A stretch of DNA of 64,000 nucleotides. It comes from Candidatus Dormiibacterota bacterium (lineage in GTDB: Bacteria > Chloroflexota > Dormibacteria > Aeolococcales > Aeolococcaceae). The stretch lies in the NCBI GenBank assembly GCA_963716365.1, contig OY970307.1, positions 2,655,492-2,719,491 of the forward strand, given 5' to 3'. Each line of letters starts with the position of its first letter. The first letter of the stretch is position 1. Shown here piece by piece: positions 21,008 through 31,033 of the stretch. The notes under the pieces were generated by a model that searched no databases, had not been told where the DNA came from, and saw only the letters and a list, made by a program, of their open reading frames with translations. The position numbers were made by a program, and so were the translations under genes.

Positions 21008-21583
21008 CGGCTCAGTCGAGGAGAGGTCGAGCACGACGTCACCCGCGGTGACGACGCGCTCCACGCGGCTCCCCGCGAGGTGGACGCGCACACCCGGAAC
21101 GCCCGGAGCGCCAGGATCCCACCCAAGCGCATGCAACTCTCGCGCCTCACCCCACGTACGCGCCTGACGCTGCTGGCGGCCGTCCGTGAACGTCATCGTC
21201 CCGGGACGCGTGGCAAAACCGAAACCGACCTGACCGCCGCTGCTCAGGAACGCGGGCACGTCAGTCAGTGCGGTTGCCGTGTCGAACGCTTCGTCGGGGC
21301 TCGCCAGCGCTGCGGCCAGGCTCGGCATCCCGCCTGACTTCGCGGCTTCGCGAACCCCGGCGCGCTGTGCCACCTGCTGCGCGCGTTCGCGTCTCCGTCG
21401 CTCGGTCGCGAGCTCGGTCGCGCGCGTACGTATTTCGCGGAGATGCTGCTCGTACGGAGCCATCGCGGCGATCGTCGCCCGCTCGCTCGCCTGCAACTCG
21501 GCTCCGAGCGCGTCGAGGCCATCGTCGTCGAGCTCGCGCAGTGCGTCAGGTTCGACCCGGTCTCCGAGCGATGGAAGCTCCAC
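20990..21583 (-). CDS. hypothetical protein
   Basis: 197-aa ORF with normal amino-acid composition, whereas the overlapping plus-strand frame is Arg-rich nonsense. No family recognised. Confidence 0.4.
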   Translation of the reverse strand: MELPSLGDRVEPDALRELDDDGLDALGAELQASERATIAAMAPYEQHLREIRTRATELATERRRRERAQQVAQRAGVREAAKSGGMPSLAAALASPDEAFDTATALTDVPAFLSSGGQVGFGFATRPGTMTFTDGRQQRQARTWGEARELHALGWDPGAPGVPGVRVHLAGSRVERVVTAGDVVLDLSSTEPSAAAR

Positions 21584-21684
21584 GTCACGGCACTCTACTC
21601 GCGAGCCCTCCGGATCACGGCGTACCCGCGGTCATTTGCTGTATGACGCACACAGCCGTCATCGCAATGAGGGAGGCACAGCTC

Positions 21685-22458
21685 GTGGGTCAGGTTCTCC
21701 ATGACGTCATCCGCGTCGACCGTGAGGGCGGCGTCGTCACGCTCACCATCGACCATCCGCCGGCGAACGCCGTCAACGGCGACGTCGTCAACGGTCTGGC
21801 CCAAGGGCTCGCGAACGCCGAGGCTGACGAGACGGTTCGGGCCGTGGTCATTACCGGCAACGGCCCGAAGTTCTTCTCGGCCGGCGCCGACATCAAGGAG
21901 TTCGGCGGCGGAGCCGAAGCGGTCGGAAAAGCGACCCATCTGACGCTGTCGATTGAGGCCTCACGCCTTCCCGTGATCGCTGCCGTCAACGGCATCGCGT
22001 TCGGCGGCGGATGCGAGCTCACGCTCGCGTGTGACATCAGGCTCGCCTCGCGCGCGGCGCGCTTCGGTCAGCCCGAGATCAAGATCGGCATCATCCCCGG
22101 ATGGGGCGGCACGCAGCGTCTCCCGCGGTTGATCGGCGCGGCGCGTGCCACCGAGCTGCTGCTCACCGGTGATCCGATCGACGCTGACCGAGCCCTGGCG
22201 CTGGGGCTGGTTGCAGAGGTGGTCGAACCCGACGATCTCCCCGCAGCAGCAAAGCGTTGGGCCGACCTGCTTGCCTCACGCGCCCCGCTGGCGCTCGCGG
22301 CGACGAAGCGTGCCATGCATGCGGGATCCACCCTTGCAATCGCAGACGCGCTGGAGGCGGAGCGGCGCGAGTTCGTGACGCTCTTCGGCAGCGAGGACGC
22401 CGCCGAGGGCATCTCGGCGTTTCTGCAGAAGCGCGCCCCGGAGTGGAAGGGGCGCTGA
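21685..22458 (+). CDS. enoyl-CoA hydratase (crotonase family)
   Basis: VTLTIDHPPANAV, ITGNGPKFFSAGADIKEF, AAVNGIAFGGGCELTLACD. GAGGGAGG lies 8 nt upstream of the GTG at 21685. Confidence 0.85.
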   Translation: MGQVLHDVIRVDREGGVVTLTIDHPPANAVNGDVVNGLAQGLANAEADETVRAVVITGNGPKFFSAGADIKEFGGGAEAVGKATHLTLSIEASRLPVIAAVNGIAFGGGCELTLACDIRLASRAARFGQPEIKIGIIPGWGGTQRLPRLIGAARATELLLTGDPIDADRALALGLVAEVVEPDDLPAAAKRWADLLASRAPLALAATKRAMHAGSTLAIADALEAERREFVTLFGSEDAAEGISAFLQKRAPEWKGR

Positions 22459-24713
22459 TGTCCGCGGCCGTGACCGCGGTGATCAGCCCGATCGCGCTCG
22501 TGCTGCTCGCAGTGGCGTCGCTGGTCGCCAGCGGGCTGCGCTGGCGAAAGCTGCTTGGCGAGATGCGCCGCACGACGCGCCCGGAGCGCCGGCTGGATCA
22601 TCCGGCCTCGCGCGTTCGCGCGTTCTTCATCTACGTCGTCGCGCAGGGGCGCCTGCTCCGCTGGCCATTTGCGGGCATCCTCCATGCCTTCATCTTCTGG
22701 GGATTCCTGGTGCTGCTCACCGCGATTGCGCAGGGAATCGTCGAGGCACTCTGGCAGGGATTCCAGTTCAACCTCGTGCCGGGGAGCGGCGCGATCGCGT
22801 TCCTGCAGGACCTGTTCTTCTTCGTCGTGATCTGCGGCATCGTCATGGCGCTCTTCAACCGGCTGTTCATCAATCCCACACGCTTCCGCGGCAGCCACCG
22901 CGGCGACGCGATTCTCATCCTCGCGTGGATCGGAGTTCTACTCGTCTGCATGGAGCTCAACTACGCCACGCGCATCGCTGAGGGAGCGCCCGAGGCGCTC
23001 GGTCAGTGGCGGCCGATTGCGTCGGCACTCGCGAGCATCTTCCGTCCCCTGGGGGGCGGAAGCGAGACGCTCATCGTCCTCCACGGGATCTTCTTCTGGG
23101 CCCATCTCACGCTCGTCTTCGGCTTCCTCGTCTACCTCGGGTACAGCAAGCACCTCCACATCATCACGTCGGTGCCGAACGTCTTCTTCAAGAACGAGGA
23201 ACCGAAAGGCGCGCTGCGCACACTCGACATCGAGGCCGTGATGAACGCGGAGAACGAGGCTGATCAGCACTTCGGTGTCGGATCGCTCGACCAGTTCTCG
23301 TGGAAGGACATGCTCGACCTGTACACGTGCACGGAGTGCGGTCGATGTCAAACCCACTGCCCCGCATACAACACCGGCAAGCCCCTCTCACCGAAGACCC
23401 TCATCACCGATCTCCGCGACCTCGCGTACGAGAGTCTCGCCGGCGGTTTCGCCGCGACGACGCACGACGCGCACCCGGCCAGTGAGGCGGAACTCACGAG
23501 CGACAGCGCTGTGATGTGGACGAGCGGCGACCACCATCCGGGCGCCATGCACGATCTACCAGGCCACTTCCAGCCTTCGTGGTTGTCACCCGAGGACGTG
23601 GCAAAGGCGGTACCAGAAGGCGGTCCGCGACCGCTCATCGGCGGCACCATCCTCGAGGAGACGCTCTGGTCGTGTACCACGTGTGGCGCGTGCATGGACC
23701 AGTGCCCGGTGCTCATCGAGCACGTGCCGAAGATCATGGACATGCGCCGTCACCTGGTGCTCGACAAGTCGCGCATGCCCAAGCAGGCGGAGTCCGCGCT
23801 GCGCAACATCGAGAACGTCGCCAACCCGTATGGCCTCTCGCATCAATCACGCGCTGACTGGGCGAAAGGCCTGGACATCGCCTTCGTCGCGGACAAGCCG
23901 GACGCCGAATATCTCTACTGGGTCGGCTGCGCGGCCTCGTTCGACGAGCGTGCGCGCACCATCGCCGCCGCGCTGTCAAAGATTCTCAAGGCGGCCGGCG
24001 TGGATTTCGCCATCCTCGGTACCGAAGAGAAGTGCACCGGCGATCCCGCGCGCCGGATCGGCAATGAGTACCTCTTCCAGGAGCGCGCGAAAGAGAACGT
24101 CGAGGTCCTCAAGAAATACAGCATCCGCAAGATCATCGCGTCATGCCCGCATTGCTTCAACACGTTCGCCAATGAGTACAAGGACTTCGGCGGGGATTAC
24201 GAGGTGATCCACCACACGCAGTTGATCGATCAACTCCTCAAGGAGGGCCGCATCACCCTCGAGGACAAGTCCACGGCCGAGGAGACGATCACGTACCACA
24301 ACTCCTGCTACCTCGGACGCTGGAACGACATCTTCGCCCCGCCACGCGACATCCTCGAGCGCATACCAGGGCTCAAGGTCGTCGAGATGGCGCGGAGCAA
24401 GAGTGAGGGCATGTGCTGCGGAGCCGGCGGCGGCAGGATGTGGATGGAGGAGGGTCAGCCGCGCGTCAACCACCGCAGGGTCGATCAGGCCGTGGACACA
24501 CACGCGACCAAGGTTGCGACCGCGTGCCCGTTCTGCCTCGCGATGTTCGATGAGGGCATATCCGCAAAGCAAATTGGTGCGTCGCTCGCCGTCGATGATG
24601 TCGCGGTCTACGTGGCGCGGGCGCTCAAGCAACCCGATCCGGTGCAAGCTGATCCGGTGCAAGCTGATCCGGCGCAAGCTGATCCGGTGGTGGAACAAGG
24701 AGAACCGTCATGA
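22458..24713 (+). CDS. membrane-anchored Fe-S oxidoreductase, HdrD/GlpC-like with NarI-like N-terminal TM domain (EtfD/Rv0338c-like)
   Basis: About 6 N-terminal TM helices, two ferredoxin motifs (CTECGRCQTHCP, CTTCGACMDQCP) and two CCG-type Cys-rich domains (CPHCFNTF, CCGAGGG, CPFCLAMF). The ATG at 22458 overlaps the crotonase stop. Confidence 0.7.
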   Translation: MSAAVTAVISPIALVLLAVASLVASGLRWRKLLGEMRRTTRPERRLDHPASRVRAFFIYVVAQGRLLRWPFAGILHAFIFWGFLVLLTAIAQGIVEALWQGFQFNLVPGSGAIAFLQDLFFFVVICGIVMALFNRLFINPTRFRGSHRGDAILILAWIGVLLVCMELNYATRIAEGAPEALGQWRPIASALASIFRPLGGGSETLIVLHGIFFWAHLTLVFGFLVYLGYSKHLHIITSVPNVFFKNEEPKGALRTLDIEAVMNAENEADQHFGVGSLDQFSWKDMLDLYTCTECGRCQTHCPAYNTGKPLSPKTLITDLRDLAYESLAGGFAATTHDAHPASEAELTSDSAVMWTSGDHHPGAMHDLPGHFQPSWLSPEDVAKAVPEGGPRPLIGGTILEETLWSCTTCGACMDQCPVLIEHVPKIMDMRRHLVLDKSRMPKQAESALRNIENVANPYGLSHQSRADWAKGLDIAFVADKPDAEYLYWVGCAASFDERARTIAAALSKILKAAGVDFAILGTEEKCTGDPARRIGNEYLFQERAKENVEVLKKYSIRKIIASCPHCFNTFANEYKDFGGDYEVIHHTQLIDQLLKEGRITLEDKSTAEETITYHNSCYLGRWNDIFAPPRDILERIPGLKVVEMARSKSEGMCCGAGGGRMWMEEGQPRVNHRRVDQAVDTHATKVATACPFCLAMFDEGISAKQIGASLAVDDVAVYVARALKQPDPVQADPVQADPAQADPVVEQGEPS
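24636..24689 (+). repeat. 15-bp tandem repeat GATCCGGTGCAAGCT x3.6, encoding (DPVQA)n at the C-terminus of the Fe-S oxidoreductase
   Basis: Copies at 24636-24650, 24651-24665 and 24666-24680 (one T-to-C change), plus a partial copy at 24681-24689. Confidence 0.9.
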
Positions 24714-25150
24714 GCGATACCGACGCACCCGTCGTCGACGCATACAGCCGTGAATGGGCGGACGCTTTCAAGGCCGAGATCAACAACTCGTCGAAGTACC
24801 GGCAGGCTGCTGCGGGCTGGGAGGGGACGGTCGGCCTCGTCGTCCTCGCCGAACCGGACAAGAACTTTCCGGAGGACAAGGGCGTCTTCCTCGACCTGTG
24901 GCATGGCGAGGCTCGTGATGTTCGGGTGGGAACGCGCGAGGACGCGCAACAGGCGAAGTTCGTGATCACCGGCGCCTACTCGCGCTGGAAGCAGGTGGCG
25001 CAGAAGGAACTCGACGCGACCAAGGGGATCATGCTCGGCCGGCTCAAGCTGAAAGGCGACTTCCCGACGATCGTGCGCTACACCAAGGCGTCCCAGGAGC
25101 TGACGGAATGCACGACGCGCGTGCCCGTGCGCTGGCCCGACGAGGCGTGA
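24710..25150 (+). CDS. SCP2 sterol/lipid-carrier domain protein
   Basis: 146 aa with AFKAEINNSSKYRQAAAGWEG...GIMLGRLKLKGDF, the typical SCP2 C-terminal pattern. ATGA overlap with the upstream gene. Confidence 0.7.
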   Translation: MSDTDAPVVDAYSREWADAFKAEINNSSKYRQAAAGWEGTVGLVVLAEPDKNFPEDKGVFLDLWHGEARDVRVGTREDAQQAKFVITGAYSRWKQVAQKELDATKGIMLGRLKLKGDFPTIVRYTKASQELTECTTRVPVRWPDEA

Positions 25151-26064
25151 CGCCAGTGGCGGGCAACGACAGCGCTGAAGGACGCCTGCTCGTCGTCGGC
25201 GCAGGCACGATGGGCGCGCAGATCGCGCAGCAGGCGGCGCTCAACGGCATCGACGTTTCGCTCGTCGACGTCAGCGCGGAAGTGCTGCAGAAAGCGATGG
25301 CAAGCAACCGGAAATGGCTGGACCGCCAAGTCGAGAAAGGCAGGCTGGATCGCGGATCCGCGGATGCCGCCGCCGGCAGGGTCACCCCGACGAGTGACCT
25401 CGCAACTGCTGCCGCAGATGCGGCGTGGGCCATTGAGGCGGTGGTGGAGATTCCGTCAGTCAAACGCGAGATCTTCGCGGCGCTCGATGCCAACCTGCCG
25501 GCCGGCGCGGGCATCGCCACGAACTCGAGCAACATCGTCGTGTCGCGTCTTGCTGATGCGACCGCACGTCCCGAACTCTGCTGCAATATGCACTTCTTTC
25601 ATCCGGTGCTCGTGATGGACCTGTGCGAGGTCGTGCGCGGACCGCAGACATCCGATGAAACCACTGCGCGCGCCGTCGCCTGGTCGCGACGCATGGGCAG
25701 GACAGCGATCGTCGTCGAAAAGGAGATTGACGGGTTCATCGTCAATCGCATCCTCGGCTCGGCGTCGCGCGAAGCGTTTTCGCTCCTCCAGGGTGGCGTC
25801 GCGTCCGCGGAGGACATCGACGTCGCGGTGCGCAAAGGGCTGAACTGGCCGATGGGGCCGTTCCAGCTCTCCGACTTCTCAGGCCTCGATACGGTGCTGA
25901 CGATCCGCCGCGACAGGATGGAGCGTGATCACAATCCGGGCGACGTCGCGACCGTCGCGGTGCTCGAGCGTATGGTCGCGGCGGGGCGCCTCGGTCGCAA
26001 GAGCGGTCGCGGTTTCTACGACTACGCTGTCGACCCGCCGGCCCCGCTGCCACTTCCCGAATGA
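25147..26064 (+). CDS. 3-hydroxyacyl-CoA (3-hydroxybutyryl-CoA) dehydrogenase
   Basis: Rossmann motif LLVVGAGTMGAQIA, then AIEAVVE, NSSN, HFFHPV and GFIVNR. The GTG at 25147 overlaps the SCP2 stop (GTGA). Confidence 0.85.
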   Translation: MTPVAGNDSAEGRLLVVGAGTMGAQIAQQAALNGIDVSLVDVSAEVLQKAMASNRKWLDRQVEKGRLDRGSADAAAGRVTPTSDLATAAADAAWAIEAVVEIPSVKREIFAALDANLPAGAGIATNSSNIVVSRLADATARPELCCNMHFFHPVLVMDLCEVVRGPQTSDETTARAVAWSRRMGRTAIVVEKEIDGFIVNRILGSASREAFSLLQGGVASAEDIDVAVRKGLNWPMGPFQLSDFSGLDTVLTIRRDRMERDHNPGDVATVAVLERMVAAGRLGRKSGRGFYDYAVDPPAPLPLPE

Positions 26065-27294
26065 GCCAGGGCGATCCTGGCCGGGGAGGCGGCCGGTGAT
26101 CGCCGTCCCGTGATCACGAGCGCCGCGGCCCCGATCGCAACCAGTGCCACCGGCACGAGGCGTCCTGGCGGCGCGGGCGCCGAGTTCCCCGTGTCGAGGT
26201 AGGCGACGAAGTCCGAGCACCGCCCAGACGCCGATCACGCGGAGCGTCGCCGTGCCGGGCCAGGGCGTCGTATCGGCCGCGGCCGCGCGAGCAGCGCACC
26301 AGGCGAAGACCGGCGCAAGGATCACGAGATCGTGGGCGAGCAGGTGCGGCGAGGCGACGAGCGAGAGGGCCGCGGCGCCCGCAAGTGAGATCTCGAGCGT
26401 GGCCGCGGATCCCTTCGACCGCGCTCCGAGGACGGCGCAGCCCGCCAGCGCGAGCAACGCACCGACGACGCCGACGGTTGCCGGGACGGTCCCGGTACCG
26501 AACCACGACGCGATCAGTCCGGGGATACCGACCGTGCTCGATGCCGGCGTGTTCCCGTACGCGAAGCCGAGTGCTGACACGAAGTCGCCGATGCCGGACG
26601 GTCCAACCACGGCGAGCGAGATGGCGGCAACCAGCGCGCAACCCGTTGCCGCTCCGGCGAGCGCGCGCCAGTCACGCCGCGCGAGCAGCCAGATGCCGAG
26701 CCCGATCACGAGATGCGGCTTCGTCGCCCCAAATGCCAGACCCAGCCAGAAGCCGGCGAGCGCGCTCCGCTCCCCGCGCCACGATGCGTAAGCGGCGGCG
26801 AGGCCGAGCGCCGCGATGCCGTCGATCTGGCCGAGCAGGAGAAACGCGAGCGTGCCGCCTCCGGCAAGCGCCATGAGCAGCACCGCAAAACGGCTGCTCC
26901 GCGCGCGTTCCGCCGGCCAGGGACCGGCCCGAATCGCGATCCAGACGGCCAGCACCAGCAGGAGCAGCTCCAGCACCGACCACATCCGAAATGCCGTCCC
27001 CGGGTCCAGCGCAGTGAACGGCAGCGCCAGAAGCGCCGTCGTCGGGGGCGTGATGAACGGGAGATTGACGACCGTCCCGGGCGGGAGCAGCTCGAGGTGA
27101 CGGGCGTGTTCGACCTGCTGGTCGTACAGCTGACTCCCGTCGCTGCTGCGCAGCAGCAGGGCTGCGACATACGACGCTGAAAAGTCGGTGCCGCGCTCGC
27201 GGCTGGGGGTCACCTGCGCCCAACTGATCGCGTAGTACGCGAGGAGGACGGCGGCGATCCCGGTCGCCATCGCGACCGCTCGTCGGGTTCTCAC
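26022..27294 (-). pseudogene. GT87/DUF2029-type polytopic glycosyltransferase, C-terminal frame broken near 26210-26222
   Basis: The N-terminal 355 aa are a multi-TM DUF2029-like protein. After VIGVWAV the annotated frame turns Arg-rich and low in GC3. The adjacent frame instead gives SDFVAYLDTGNSAPAPPGRRLVPVALVAIGAAALVITGRR (a TM helix) with high GC3 and a stop at 26022-26024. Confidence 0.6.
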
Positions 27295-27370
27295 GGCGAC
27301 TGCGACGCTATCAGCCGTTCCGCCGGTGCGAACGCCGCGTTGCCGTATTGCTTCCTATACTCGGCCGACG

Positions 27371-27805
27371 ATGGCGAGCGCATTCACCAGGATCGATCAT
27401 GTGGGGATTGCGGTCGCGGATCTTGACGTCGCGGTCGCCGCGTACGAGCGGTTGACCGGCTCCGCGCCTGCTCATCGCCAGTCAGTCGCGTCCGACGGCA
27501 TCGAAGCCGTCATGTTCGAGGTGGGCGAATCGCGCATCGAGCTGCTCGGCAGTATGGGGCCGGATTCGAAGATCGCCGGCTTTCTCGCCAAGCGCGGCGG
27601 TGGTCTCCACCACGTGGCATACGGCGTCGATGACGTCCAGGTGAGCCTCGATCACTTCGCGGAGCTCGGTTTGCGATTGCTCGACACCTGCCCGCGGCAA
27701 GGCGCGGCGGGCCGCCTGGTGGCATTCCTGCATCCGTCGGCGGCGGGGGGTGTGCTGACGGAGCTGTGCCAGACCGACGAGGAGCCCAGCGGGTCGAACC
27801 GGTGA
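27371..27805 (+). CDS. mce: methylmalonyl-CoA epimerase (VOC family)
   Basis: FTRIDHVGIAVADLD and GGGLHHVAYGVDD, about 144 aa. It sits immediately upstream of the mutase, with a GTGA overlap. Confidence 0.8.
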   Translation: MASAFTRIDHVGIAVADLDVAVAAYERLTGSAPAHRQSVASDGIEAVMFEVGESRIELLGSMGPDSKIAGFLAKRGGGLHHVAYGVDDVQVSLDHFAELGLRLLDTCPRQGAAGRLVAFLHPSAAGGVLTELCQTDEEPSGSNR

Positions 27806-29373
27806 GCGACGAGCCCGGGGCACAGACGGAGTCAGGACTGCCGCTGGAGGCGTTCTACGTGGACGAGGCCAACGGCTGGCCCGCGCCCGGCGAGTACCCG
27901 TTCACCCGCGGGGTTCGCCCCGAAGGGTACCGATCACGGCTCTGGACCATGCGTCAGTACGCGGGCTTCGGCAGCGCGGAACAGACCAACGAGCGCTTCC
28001 ACTATCTCCTGCGCGCGGGGCAGAGCGGCCTCTCGGTCGCGTTCGACCTGCCAACGCAGATGGGCTATGACAGCGACGACCCGCTCGCGCACGGTGAGGT
28101 GGGGAAGGTTGGCGTGGCGATCAACTCGCTCGGCGACATGGAGCTGCTGATGCGCGGCATCCCGCAGGACGAGGTGACGACCTCGATGACCATCAACGCG
28201 CCTGCGTCGGTGCTCCTGCTGCTGTACGAGCTGGCCGCGGAGCGCAAGGGAATCGCCGCCGGCGCGCTGGGCGGGACGATCCAGAACGACATCCTCAAGG
28301 AGTACGCGGCCCGCGGCACGTACATCTTCCCGCCGCGCCCGTCGATGCGCCTGGTGACCGACACGTTCGCCTACTGCGCGAAGCGCCTTCCGCGCTGGAA
28401 CACGATCAGCATCAGTGGCTACCACATTCGCGAGGCCGGGTCGACGGCGCCCCAGGAGATCGCGTTCACGCTCAGCAACGGGATCGCCTACGTGCAGGCC
28501 GCGATCGACGCGGGCCTGCTGGTCGACGACTTCGCACCGCGCTTGAGCTTCTTCTTCAACGTGAGCAACGACTTCTTCGAGGAGGTCGCGAAGTTCCGCG
28601 CTGCGCGTGCGCTCTGGGCGGAGGTGATGCGCGAGCGTTTCGGGGCTCGCGAGGAACGGAGCCTGCATCTGCGGTTCCACGCGCAGACGAGCGGCGCGAC
28701 GTTGACAGCACAGCAGCCGCTCAACAACGTTGTTCGTGTGGCGCTGCAGGCGCTGGCCGCAATCTGCGGTGGCACGCAGTCGTTGCACACCAACAGCTAC
28801 GACGAGGCACTGGCGCTGCCGTCCGAGCAGGCGGCCGAGATCGCCTTGCGCACGCAGCAGGTGCTGGGCTTCGAGTCCGGCGCCGCCAATGTCACCGATC
28901 CGCTTGGTGGCTCGCATCTCGTCGAGTCGCTGACGCACGCCCTGATGGACGAGTCGCGCGCGCTCATGGGCCGCGTCGACGATCTGGGCGGCGCCGTCGC
29001 GGCGATCGAAGCGGGCTTCTACCAGCAGCAGATCCAGGAGTCCGCGTACCGGCATCAGCGTCTCGTCGAGTCCGGCGAGCGGGTCATCGTCGGCGTCAAC
29101 AAGTTCACCGAGACTTCGCAGCGCGACGTCGAGATCCTGCGCGTCGGAGCGGAACTCGAAGCGGCGCAGATTGAACGCCTCGCCAAGGTCCGCGCGCACC
29201 GGACGGCAGGCGCGGTGAGCCGAGCGCTCGACGCAGTCCGGCGAGGCGCCGAAGGCACCGACAATCTGCTGCCACTGATGCGCGATGCGCTCGATGTCCA
29301 GGCCACGGTCGGCGAAGTGTGTGGCGCGTTGCGCGAGATCTTCGGGGTCTATCACCCACAGGTGTCCGTGTGA
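27802..29373 (+). CDS. methylmalonyl-CoA mutase, catalytic (large) subunit without B12-binding domain
   Basis: WTMRQYAGFGSAEQTNERF, GLSVAFDLPTQMGYDSD and [20 protein letters not shown]. It carries the Tyr and Arg equivalent to P. shermanii MutB Tyr89/Arg207. About 523 aa with no DxHxxG domain. Confidence 0.85.
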   Translation: MSDEPGAQTESGLPLEAFYVDEANGWPAPGEYPFTRGVRPEGYRSRLWTMRQYAGFGSAEQTNERFHYLLRAGQSGLSVAFDLPTQMGYDSDDPLAHGEVGKVGVAINSLGDMELLMRGIPQDEVTTSMTINAPASVLLLLYELAAERKGIAAGALGGTIQNDILKEYAARGTYIFPPRPSMRLVTDTFAYCAKRLPRWNTISISGYHIREAGSTAPQEIAFTLSNGIAYVQAAIDAGLLVDDFAPRLSFFFNVSNDFFEEVAKFRAARALWAEVMRERFGAREERSLHLRFHAQTSGATLTAQQPLNNVVRVALQALAAICGGTQSLHTNSYDEALALPSEQAAEIALRTQQVLGFESGAANVTDPLGGSHLVESLTHALMDESRALMGRVDDLGGAVAAIEAGFYQQQIQESAYRHQRLVESGERVIVGVNKFTETSQRDVEILRVGAELEAAQIERLAKVRAHRTAGAVSRALDAVRRGAEGTDNLLPLMRDALDVQATVGEVCGALREIFGVYHPQVSV

Positions 29374-29497
29374 GGAGGCGTGCGCACGCGATCCCCCCTG
29401 GTAGCCTGACGCGGTGACGAGGCAGACGCGAGGCACCGTGCCTTCTGACGGCGAGACGTCGAGCGGTTCGCGGGGCGGAACGGGGCGAAAGATCAAC

Positions 29498-31021
29498 ATG
29501 CTGCGCAAGCGACGCTACGACGCGGTGCACCGCGCCGGCGCTGCCGAGCGCTCCCAGCACGCGAAAGGCAAGCTCACTGCCCGCGAGCGCATCGACAAGC
29601 TGCTCGACCCCGGATCGTTCACCGAGGTGGACCTGTTCGCGTTGCACCGGACGACGACGTTCGGTATGGAGGAGCGCCGGATCCCCGGCGACGGTGTCGT
29701 TACCGGCTGGGGCACCGTCGAAGGCCGGCAGGTGTTCATCTTCAGCCACGACGCGTCGGTGTTCGGTGGATCGCTCGGTGAGGTGTTCGCGGAGAAGGTC
29801 ACGAAGATCATGGATCTCGCGCAGCGGACTGGATGTCCCTGCATCGGCATCAACAACTCCGGCGGCGCACGTATCCAGGAAGGCGTCGTCTCGCTTGCCG
29901 GCTACGCGGAGATCTTCTACCGCAACGTCGAATCGAGCGGGGTGATCCCGCAACTGTCGCTCGTCGTCGGGCCGTGCACCGGCGGCGCCGTGTACTCACC
30001 GGCGATGACCGATTTCATCTTCATGGTGCGCAAGGTCGGGTACATGTTCATCACCGGCCCCGACGTCATCAAGGTGACGACCGGGGAGGAGGTGACGTTC
30101 GAGGAGCTCGGCGGCTCGGACGTGCACAACCAGCGCAGCGGTGTCGCGCATTTCGTGGCCGACACCGAGGACGAAGCGTTTCTTCAGATGCGCGAGCTGC
30201 TCTCCTATCTGCCGGCGAACAACCGCGAGCAGCCACCGTACCGGCCGACACTCGACGACCCGCTCCGCGAGGATCCCGAGCTTCAGACGATCATCCCCAA
30301 CAATCCGAACCAGCCGTACGACATGCGCGGCGTCGTCACCCGCATCGTCGACGACGGCAAGTTCGTCGAGGTGATGCAGTACCACGCGGAGAACATCATC
30401 TGTGGTTTCGCGCGGCTCGACGGACATCCCGTCGGCGTCGTCGGCAACCAGCCGCGGGTGCTGGCCGGCGCGCTCGACATCTCCGCCTCGATCAAGGCCG
30501 CGCGCTTTGTTCGCTTCTGCGACGCCTTCAACGTGCCGCTCATCACGTTCGTCGATGTGCCTGGTTTTCTACCGGGCACCGACCAGGAGTACGGCGGCAT
30601 CATCCGGCACGGCGCCAAGCTGCTGTACGCGTACTGCGAGGCAACTGTGCCGAAGCTCACGGTCATCACGCGCAAGGCGTACGGCGGCGCCTACGACGTG
30701 ATGTGCTCGAAGCACATTCGCGCGGACTACAACGTCGCGTGGCCCACTGCCGAAATCGCCGTCATGGGTCCGCAGGGGGCGGTCAGCGTCATCTTCAAGA
30801 AGGAGATCGCGCAGGCGGACGATCCGGTGCAGCGCTCAGAGCAGCTCATCGACGACTACCGTGAGCAGTTCGCGAACCCGTACTACGCTGCCGAGCGCGG
30901 CTATGTCGACGACGTCATCGAGCCCCGGCAGACACGCGGTGCGCTCATCAGCGCGTTGCGCATGGCCCGCAACAAAGAGGTCCCGACGCCGCGCCGCAAG
31001 CACGGCAACATCCCGCTCTGA
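29498..31021 (+). CDS. propionyl-CoA carboxylase beta / methylmalonyl-CoA carboxyltransferase subunit
   Basis: [47 protein letters not shown] and [16 protein letters not shown]. Confidence 0.85.
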   Translation: MLRKRRYDAVHRAGAAERSQHAKGKLTARERIDKLLDPGSFTEVDLFALHRTTTFGMEERRIPGDGVVTGWGTVEGRQVFIFSHDASVFGGSLGEVFAEKVTKIMDLAQRTGCPCIGINNSGGARIQEGVVSLAGYAEIFYRNVESSGVIPQLSLVVGPCTGGAVYSPAMTDFIFMVRKVGYMFITGPDVIKVTTGEEVTFEELGGSDVHNQRSGVAHFVADTEDEAFLQMRELLSYLPANNREQPPYRPTLDDPLREDPELQTIIPNNPNQPYDMRGVVTRIVDDGKFVEVMQYHAENIICGFARLDGHPVGVVGNQPRVLAGALDISASIKAARFVRFCDAFNVPLITFVDVPGFLPGTDQEYGGIIRHGAKLLYAYCEATVPKLTVITRKAYGGAYDVMCSKHIRADYNVAWPTAEIAVMGPQGAVSVIFKKEIAQADDPVQRSEQLIDDYREQFANPYYAAERGYVDDVIEPRQTRGALISALRMARNKEVPTPRRKHGNIPL

Positions 31022-31033
31022 GTCGCGCCGTCG

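Noticed and set aside
21268-21684. Long N-terminal extensions offered by the ORF track. Examples: 21268 for crotonase, 22257 for the Fe-S protein, 32597 for AKR, 35792 for HIT, 52613 for ppx, 57312 for CYTH-CHAD, 58453 for the phosphatase, 42923 for QOR.
   Set aside because: The extensions are Arg/Pro-rich and overlap the preceding or opposite gene. Better starts exist, with SD sequences or ATGA/GTGA coupling at the positions used in the feature table.
24636-24689. Short tandem repeats, considered as a possible CRISPR array or regulatory iteron.
   Set aside because: The copies are contiguous 15-bp units with no spacers, lie in frame inside a coding region, and no cas genes are present.
27934-29508. 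524-aa minus-strand ORF over the MCM-type mutase.
   Set aside because: It is an antisense shadow of a highly conserved gene.
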